Assembly (NCBI GenBank): GCA_964648565.1
Contig: CAZYLG010000001.1
Location: 12,315 to 76,314, forward strand
Length of the DNA stretch: 64,000 nt
Source of the DNA: an uncultured Thermoplasmatales archaeon
GTDB lineage: Archaea; Thermoplasmatota; E2; DHVEG-1
Direction: 5' to 3'
The position numbers and the translations under genes are program-made. The notes under the pieces are model-generated. The model was not told the origin of the DNA, did no database searches, and was given only the letters and a program-made list of their open reading frames with translations. Of this stretch, positions 58,137-64,000 are shown in pieces (position 1 is the first letter of the stretch; each line of letters starts with the position of its first letter).

Positions 58137-59039
58137 TTATCCGAATTTTTTTGTAGTATCAAAAGTAGAATGTAGTGAGGCAACCAATTCTTTTTGTTTC
58201 TCATTCAATTGCTTTGGGTATTCAATATGCACCCGTATAATCATATCTCCTCGAGTATTTTCGGCGATAGGAAATCCTTTATTTTTTATTACAAATGATT
58301 GTCCATCTTTGATACCTTCTGGTATAGAAGTTTTGATGTTCTCACCATCTATATTTTTAATAAAAATTGTATCACCAAGAAGAGCTTGTGTAAAATTAAT
58401 TGTTATTGTACATAGTAAATTATATCCATCGTATTGAAAAAATGGATGAGCTTTTAGCCGTGGATATATTTTTATATCTCCTGCCTTTCCACCGTTCATT
58501 CCATGATGGCCTTCACCTTTTAGTACAATTGGTTTATTAGGATTAAAGCCTTTTTGGATGTTTAATTTAAATGTCCTCTTTTTTTCTACTATAACTCCGT
58601 GTTCATTCTCTCTTCGGGTTATCGGAATATTCATTGATTTACCAGTAAATACATCAATAAAATCCAACCGAACTTCAATTTTAATATCTTTACCTTTTCT
58701 TTTTCTTTGAGATCCGCCCATTCCGAATGTGGTAAAAATATCTTCCCATGTGTCCGTTCCCCCTCCCCATGTGAATCTAACATTAAATCCGCCGAATGGA
58801 TCACCACCCGTAGAAGCAAAAGGATTACCACTTCCACTAAACGGGTTGGGGTTATCATATTCTTTTCGTTTTTGTTCATCAGATAGAATAGAGTACGCTT
58901 CTTGAATTTCTTTAAATTTAGTGTCATCACCCTGAGATGTATCTGGATGATATTGTTTTGAGAGTTTTCTATACGCTTTTTTTATTTCATCTTGTGAGGC
59001 ATTTTTATCTACTCCTAATATTTTATAATAATCTTTCAT
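58137..59039 (-). CDS. DnaJ/CbpA-like J-domain co-chaperone, 300 aa: J domain, G/F-rich linker and C-terminal substrate-binding domains, with no CxxCxGxG zinc finger
   Basis: [33 protein letters not shown] contains the HPD motif. Followed by a Gly/Phe-rich region. Confidence 0.8.
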   Translation of the reverse strand: MKDYYKILGVDKNASQDEIKKAYRKLSKQYHPDTSQGDDTKFKEIQEAYSILSDEQKRKEYDNPNPFSGSGNPFASTGGDPFGGFNVRFTWGGGTDTWEDIFTTFGMGGSQRKRKGKDIKIEVRLDFIDVFTGKSMNIPITRRENEHGVIVEKKRTFKLNIQKGFNPNKPIVLKGEGHHGMNGGKAGDIKIYPRLKAHPFFQYDGYNLLCTITINFTQALLGDTIFIKNIDGENIKTSIPEGIKDGQSFVIKNKGFPIAENTRGDMIIRVHIEYPKQLNEKQKELVASLHSTFDTTKKFG

Positions 59040-59047
59040 ATAGTTAA

Positions 59048-59311
59048 CTATGCCTTATAATATTCTTCTTTTAATTGTATAGGAATTCCATTTAATGTCA
59101 TTCCATCAACTGTAATATATATTAATCGTGTCATCATTAATTCGGTTTCACCTACAGTATGATATATACTTTCATCTTCGTAGAATGCGTATGTAATAAC
59201 TCCATTTTCTTGTAATAAAAATACCTTCGTTGTATAATCAGACGACCAGAGCATACAGGTCATCGAATCTTGCAGAAATGTTTTTGCTACTAAATCATCT
59301 CGAGCTTTCAT
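59048..59311 (-). CDS. hypothetical protein, 87 aa
   Basis: ORF in an operon-like array. Confidence 0.4.
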   Translation of the reverse strand: MKARDDLVAKTFLQDSMTCMLWSSDYTTKVFLLQENGVITYAFYEDESIYHTVGETELMMTRLIYITVDGMTLNGIPIQLKEEYYKA

Positions 59312-59312
59312 T

Positions 59313-59645
59313 TTACTGTAAAAAGAATCCTTTTTCTGGAGTCCATATCCATACCTCAGTATCTGGAAGCGTGGATATTACAGTATCTTCAAAATTTTCA
59401 GCAATTTTATCTGAAAACATTCGGATAGCTTTATGAAGACCATGTGGTCCTTCTCCGGAATAACCAACTGCGAATCCTGTGGCTTCATAGGCAGTATGAT
59501 CTTTAAATATAAACGTAGTTAACATAGGAAATCCTGGTTCAATAACAACTCTTTCCAAAATTTTATTGTTGAATTGTTTTAAATTTTGAAAACTAGTTTC
59601 GGTAATTCCATCGACATCACTATTAACTACTGTATATATCATCAT
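59313..59645 (-). CDS. hypothetical protein, 110 aa
   Basis: ORF only. Confidence 0.4.
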   Translation of the reverse strand: MMIYTVVNSDVDGITETSFQNLKQFNNKILERVVIEPGFPMLTTFIFKDHTAYEATGFAVGYSGEGPHGLHKAIRMFSDKIAENFEDTVISTLPDTEVWIWTPEKGFFLQ

Positions 59646-59668
59646 TTACTCCTTTATTATAAATATGC

Positions 59669-59950
59669 TCAATCAATTCTTACTAATATAAATCTGGGTA
59701 GTTCACGTGAAGTATCAAAAATTTTACGTATATTCTCTTCATTGATATTTTTTCCTGTTAAATGTACAATGTGATCTTCTAATTGAGTAAAAGTAGCAGA
59801 AGAAACTTCATAACTTGTGATATAAAATTCTCCTATTATTCGATCCTTAATCTCTTGTACTTTTTCACCGTTAAGTAATAAAATGGCTAAATCGACTAAT
59901 TCGTCTTTACTTAATGAATTCACGTCTTTCATATAATATACCTCGGACAT
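59669..59950 (-). CDS. hypothetical protein, 93 aa
   Basis: ORF only. Confidence 0.4.
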   Translation of the reverse strand: MSEVYYMKDVNSLSKDELVDLAILLLNGEKVQEIKDRIIGEFYITSYEVSSATFTQLEDHIVHLTGKNINEENIRKIFDTSRELPRFILVRID

Positions 59951-60963
59951 TTTCTATTATTTTCAATTAATTGTTTTCTAAATTGTTTTACTTCTTCTGA
60001 ATTCCATATCTGAAAAAAATTATTTGAAAATAAAACACTAATACCATTTTTTTCTTCAAGAAATGAACATGGAAAAAACTCCCCTTTAGCATTAATGTAT
60101 GACGAGAATAATCCAGACTCACATGGCTCTACAAATTCTTCATACATCGAACGATTTTCAATATTATCTAAAAATTTATTTGCCGAACATGAATCAAATC
60201 CTATAGGGACATTATAATTAATAGCTTTATTTACGAGATGTTTAAAACTCTCTTTATTGAGAATATTATGGTTTTCTCCTCGACCTTTTTGCTTAAGAGA
60301 GAGAAAAATAATGGCGTTAACATGTTTATCATCAAACGTATTAATTAAATCAAGGGCTTTCGAATATGTTTCTTGCATGAGGGGAAAATGAATATTAATT
60401 TGTTTCATACCATTTTTATACAGTTTATCGACTAATCGGAATGTTTTTCCTTTATCATAATAAGAGATTGCTACAGCTCCAAAATATGAAGCGATTTTTC
60501 TTGCCATATCATCAGTTAATTCCTCATAACAATGCATTGTAAAATTGGGTATAATACCAGATTTTCGAGCATATTTCGCCATCTCAAAAAAATCAGGATT
60601 AGTATTAATATTCATAATTCCAAATGCAATTTGGGTTAATTGAGGCCCCATTTTATGTAATATTTCTTTAAATTCATCAAATGTCATATTATATGTTGGA
60701 TAATTTCCGTTTGATTTATAACAGAATGAACATTGTCCTTTACATCCTCCATCATAAACAAGTCTATCTTCTGGATAGTTTTCAGAATTGTGGACAGATG
60801 TGCTGATCTCGATGTCAAGTATTTCAGGTCCTATTGGAGAATAATCTGGGTCATCATCAATATCTTTACCCCAACGAATAAAAAGACCGTTGTGTTTATC
60901 AAAATTATAATTATAATTTTTACTTCGTACTATTTTTTCATCTTTAGAATTATATATCTTCAT
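59929..60963 (-). CDS. radical SAM domain protein, 344 aa, with additional C-terminal cysteines
   Basis: CKGQCSFC is the CxxxCxxC [4Fe-4S]/SAM-binding motif. C-terminal cysteines lie in VEPCESG...FPCSF...RKCPRY. Confidence 0.65.
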   Translation of the reverse strand: MKIYNSKDEKIVRSKNYNYNFDKHNGLFIRWGKDIDDDPDYSPIGPEILDIEISTSVHNSENYPEDRLVYDGGCKGQCSFCYKSNGNYPTYNMTFDEFKEILHKMGPQLTQIAFGIMNINTNPDFFEMAKYARKSGIIPNFTMHCYEELTDDMARKIASYFGAVAISYYDKGKTFRLVDKLYKNGMKQINIHFPLMQETYSKALDLINTFDDKHVNAIIFLSLKQKGRGENHNILNKESFKHLVNKAINYNVPIGFDSCSANKFLDNIENRSMYEEFVEPCESGLFSSYINAKGEFFPCSFLEEKNGISVLFSNNFFQIWNSEEVKQFRKQLIENNRKCPRYII

Positions 60964-61142
60964 TATAAACCCTTACAATAGTCAGTAAAACCCTCAAAAC
61001 ACTTTTCACGAGTTGGATAAGAGCCAATCCATTCAGTCCAAGTCTCATCTGAAAAATACCATTTATCGTTTTTCTTTATGAAATAGTCATTTGCGTTATT
61101 AGTTTTTAAAAAGAATTTCGCTATTTCAGTAGTAATATTCAT
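60963..61142 (-). CDS. small hypothetical protein, 59 aa (MNITTEIAKFFLKTNNANDYFIKKNDKWYF...), not in the ORF track
   Basis: ATGA overlap with the upstream gene and a TAATG overlap with the radical-SAM start. This is coupling geometry. Confidence 0.35.
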   Translation of the reverse strand: MNITTEIAKFFLKTNNANDYFIKKNDKWYFSDETWTEWIGSYPTREKCFEGFTDYCKGL

Positions 61143-61438
61143 CCATCAATCCATTTTTGATGCATTTTTTTCATTTCATTATACATAGAATTCAATTGAG
61201 GAACATCAATTTCTTGACGAATAAGATCATAAACAATATCAGAAACATCATCTTCATCGAGAGGTTGATCACATTCAATATTATTTACTTCTTGTCGTAA
61301 TTCTTCGAATTCTTCTCGTGATACAATATATGGTTTCACAAAACGATAAATCTTCTCACTTTCAGTTTCACCAGGAAACGCATTCGCTTTTATAGCTTCT
61401 TCAATGACATCAACTAAATTTTCCATTTTATCCTCCAT
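61139..61438 (-). CDS. hypothetical acidic protein, 99 aa
   Basis: ORF only. Confidence 0.4.
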   Translation of the reverse strand: MEDKMENLVDVIEEAIKANAFPGETESEKIYRFVKPYIVSREEFEELRQEVNNIECDQPLDEDDVSDIVYDLIRQEIDVPQLNSMYNEMKKMHQKWIDG

Positions 61439-61730
61439 TAAATAATTTTATTTCATTCATTACATCTCTTATGTCATTATCAATTAGATACCATATAAAC
61501 TTCTCTATTTCCAATAGATATCGCAATCGTACTATAGTAAAATATGCTATAATACTATTAAGAAATCCAAGTAATATAAGATTTCCTAAAAGACACAATA
61601 TACCTACAGTAATACTGCTCAAAATAGTTAAAATGTATATTGATTTGGTTAATAGCGTTTTCTGTATTTTCATTAATTTAGAATATCCAACGACATCACG
61701 AAGAATTTGTTGATTAGATTTTTTAAACAT
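61428..61730 (-). CDS. small membrane protein, 100 aa, with two predicted transmembrane helices
   Basis: Hydrophobic stretches ILTILSSITVGILCLLGNLILLGFLNSIIAYFTIV. Confidence 0.45.
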   Translation of the reverse strand: MFKKSNQQILRDVVGYSKLMKIQKTLLTKSIYILTILSSITVGILCLLGNLILLGFLNSIIAYFTIVRLRYLLEIEKFIWYLIDNDIRDVMNEIKLFNGG

Positions 61731-61777
61731 ATATCCTCCTTATCCCATCAACTTTGCTTTATTCATATTTAAGAAAT

Positions 61778-61981
61778 TCATATATTGATTATATAATAAT
61801 TGGAACCTATTATTACATCATCGATGTATACAGGAAGTTCATAAAGTACTAAACCAGTGGGAGTAATTGTGAATGAGTCGTCTCCATATAATTTTCTTTT
61901 CGCTGTTTCAGCAACTGTTTCATTTCTACATATTTCTCGAATATAACGAAATGAATCATTCCCCATTACAACTATTTTCAA
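61778..61981 (-). CDS. hypothetical protein, 67 aa
   Basis: ATGA overlap with the upstream DHH gene. Confidence 0.35.
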   Translation of the reverse strand: MKIVVMGNDSFRYIREICRNETVAETAKRKLYGDDSFTITPTGLVLYELPVYIDDVIIGSNYYIINI

Positions 61982-63009
61982 TCTCCCTCGCCTTCTTCTT
62001 CATAATTCCAATTTTCTTTTAATACATTTTTAAACATATGTTTTCGTGTTACTTTCCAGAATGCATCGGAGTTTTTATCATCTAAATCTGTATAAAAATT
62101 TAATGGAATTTTTGCTGCTCCAGCGTTAGATTTCCCGCCTCCATATTCGCCGAATAAATCTTTCATCATTTGATTTACATCTAAACTAACTAGATGAGTT
62201 CTGATTGAAACTTCTAAATATTTTTTACCGGTAATTGCGAATATGACTGCTGTTTGAACTGATTCCATTCGAGTATATTCTTCAGCCAATATTGCTATAA
62301 CATCTCGCTGATCAGTAGGTACAAGACCAATTCCTCCTACAAATACTCCATTCGCTTCTTGTGAATTTCCTTCTTCATGTAATTTAATTCTTTTATCATA
62401 TAAATATCGAGGCAATGGATAATTCATGGCTTTTTGAAGGACATCTTTATCTGCTAATTCTAATAACTCTTGATATGCTACGAAATCATTTTTAGTCATA
62501 TGCTCGCTAATTAAGTCATTTGTATCGGTTCTAATACCAAGAAGTAAAGCGGTATATACATCAGAATGTTCAGTAGATATCTCTATTTTATATTCTTTTA
62601 ATAATTCCCATACTAATGTTGCGTTGGCTCCGTAATTTACGTCAATAATTTTATTTTTTGCTTTAGAGTCACTTTTATGATGATCAATGACCAGTGATGG
62701 ATTACGTGCTATAGAATTATGTTCAGTACAATCAACACAAATTTCTATTGAATCTTCAGTTAATTTTTCTTTTTTTATAATTGGTATACTCAATAAATTA
62801 ACGATAGTTTTATTTTGTGGGTGGGAGATATCTCCAGAATATATGATTTTACAATCGTAATCATAATACTGAAGCAATAGAGCTATTCCGAGAGCTGATC
62901 CAACTGCATCTGGATCAGGAGCTGGATGTACTATGATGTTAATGTTTGGTTCTTCTATTTCTTTTAATGTTTCGAGAAAACTATCTACAATTGTTTTTTT
63001 ATTCTTCAT
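61978..63009 (-). CDS. DHH/DHHA1-family phosphoesterase, NrnA-like nanoRNase/pAp phosphatase type, 343 aa
   Basis: N-terminal HPAPDPDAVGSALG and DHH (VIDHHKS). The C-terminal DHHA1 motif is GGGKSNAGAAKI, which is GGGH..AAG-like. Confidence 0.7.
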   Translation of the reverse strand: MKNKKTIVDSFLETLKEIEEPNINIIVHPAPDPDAVGSALGIALLLQYYDYDCKIIYSGDISHPQNKTIVNLLSIPIIKKEKLTEDSIEICVDCTEHNSIARNPSLVIDHHKSDSKAKNKIIDVNYGANATLVWELLKEYKIEISTEHSDVYTALLLGIRTDTNDLISEHMTKNDFVAYQELLELADKDVLQKAMNYPLPRYLYDKRIKLHEEGNSQEANGVFVGGIGLVPTDQRDVIAILAEEYTRMESVQTAVIFAITGKKYLEVSIRTHLVSLDVNQMMKDLFGEYGGGKSNAGAAKIPLNFYTDLDDKNSDAFWKVTRKHMFKNVLKENWNYEEEGEGD

Positions 63010-63348
63010 TTATGACTCCAATGCTGTTAATACTATTGATTCGAATTCACCAGTTTTCATCAATTGTTTTACAGTAATTTTTGAAGACTTTTCAGCAACA
63101 GAATACGTTGATAATGGATCAATAGTAATTTCATATTTCCCTAATACATTATCCACCTTATAATTCTTAGGAGTAAAATATGCTTTTGCATGGAGAAATT
63201 GATGGGTATCAATGTCTGGAGTATTATATAATTTTATTCCATCCAATAGTTTCCCGCGAATAAACGGAAACATAAAAAAATCACCTACATTTACAATAAT
63301 TACTTCCATTTCTTGATTCATTTGTTGGATAAGAATATCAAATTTCAT
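63010..63348 (-). CDS. hypothetical protein, 112 aa
   Basis: ORF abutting the DHH gene. Confidence 0.4.
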   Translation of the reverse strand: MKFDILIQQMNQEMEVIIVNVGDFFMFPFIRGKLLDGIKLYNTPDIDTHQFLHAKAYFTPKNYKVDNVLGKYEITIDPLSTYSVAEKSSKITVKQLMKTGEFESIVLTALES

Positions 63349-63592
63349 TAATATCTCCTTTGAGCAGCATTTTTGCTACTTCTACTTCTATATCAATTAT
63401 CTTGTACATATCTGGGATATTATTGAGTAAAACCTTATCCTTAATCATTTTTTCTAATCGTTTCTCAGATATTGAATTTCTAAAGATATTGGCTTCTTTA
63501 TCTATTATAAACGTTTTATTTCCAATAATAATACCATATGACGGGAACTGTTTATACCCATTATAATGTGGACTAAAGTAATAATATTGCAT
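63338..63592 (-). CDS. hypothetical protein, 84 aa
   Basis: Overlapping coupled ORF. Confidence 0.4.
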   Translation of the reverse strand: MQYYYFSPHYNGYKQFPSYGIIIGNKTFIIDKEANIFRNSISEKRLEKMIKDKVLLNNIPDMYKIIDIEVEVAKMLLKGDINEI

Positions 63593-63831
63593 TAAAATCC
63601 TTTATGAGATAATAGTAATTTTGCCTTATCTGTATTCGAGGCAATAGTTATTTTCCCAGTTTGTACCATATCAAAAAACTCCTCACCATTAAGTGTTTGA
63701 GTATCACTATTAGGAATACATTTAATATATATAATGAATTCTTTTTCTCTTTTTTCGACGTTTGTCACTTTTATATATTGTACATCTTTAAGGATTCCAT
63801 TTTTCACTTTATAAATTTCAACTGGACTCAT
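63592..63831 (-). CDS. hypothetical protein, 79 aa
   Basis: AAGGAAG precedes the ATG on the minus strand. Confidence 0.4.
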   Translation of the reverse strand: MSPVEIYKVKNGILKDVQYIKVTNVEKREKEFIIYIKCIPNSDTQTLNGEEFFDMVQTGKITIASNTDKAKLLLSHKGF

Positions 63832-64000
63832 TATTTTCTTCCTTCTGAGAAAGTAGTAGTAATTTAGAAAATTCAGATGTATTTATTGCCTTCAACTTTT
63901 CATCTTCTATTGCTTTAATGAATTCAGGTATTGAGTACCACATATCTTTTTTTCTATATGAATAAGACCACCATAATCCTTTTGGGACATCATCTCTCTC
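63818..64000 (-). CDS. 3' end of a gene that starts beyond the window edge; partial, 61 aa or more (...IPEFIKAIEDEKLKAINTSEFSKLLLLSQKEENNESS)
   Basis: An open frame runs from the window edge to a TGA at 63818..63820. It overlaps the start of the next gene by 14 nt. Confidence 0.3.
   Translation of the reverse strand, partial: ERDDVPKGLWWSYSYRKKDMWYSIPEFIKAIEDEKLKAINTSEFSKLLLLSQKEENNESS

Noticed and set aside
1-64000. Possible alternative genetic code (stop-codon reassignment), as in some large AT-rich gut phages
   Set aside because: The standard code yields uninterrupted ORFs up to 10.8 kb, and all three stop codons terminate genes. Recoding is not needed.

Overview
AT-rich (~30% GC by eye) double-stranded DNA phage segment with almost no non-coding DNA. 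Most genes have strong GGAGG-type ribosome-binding sites (RBS); two giant genes appear to start at TTG. The core, 763..56453, is a structural and host-recognition super-module on the + strand. It holds six giant repeat-rich fibre or spike proteins of 3055, 3615, 1843, 1162, 1277 and 1692 aa, plus a 657-aa fibre protein and a 164-aa tail-collar protein. Domains and DNA segments are shuffled between these genes. A minus-strand island carries a T4-type baseplate pair, gp25 (14703..15065) and gp6 (10826..13102). The two genes are split by a 533-aa multi-domain endonuclease-like gene that looks like a free-standing homing-endonuclease insertion. Between the divergently oriented gp25 gene and the YegP-like gene lies a GC-rich array of four 21-bp-phased palindromes (GTTC-N7-GAAC), flanked by a conserved T4-late-promoter-like motif (AAGATAA-TATAAAT) that recurs elsewhere. 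Other accessory content: an HNH endonuclease followed by three tandem KWG/WG-repeat paralogues; a minus-strand lipoprotein-like gene embedded among the fibre genes, a candidate for superinfection exclusion; and a pair of palindromic operator-like sites ahead of the TTG-start 1843-aa gene. The right end, 56450..64000 on the minus strand, is a non-structural island: a CCA-adding enzyme with an HD domain, a DnaJ-like J-protein, a radical-SAM enzyme, a DHH/DHHA1 NrnA-like phosphoesterase and small proteins of unknown function. These are candidate tRNA-repair, chaperone and anti-defence functions. No tRNA, rRNA, CRISPR array or reverse transcriptase was recognised. All calls rest on motifs read by eye, with no database searches.
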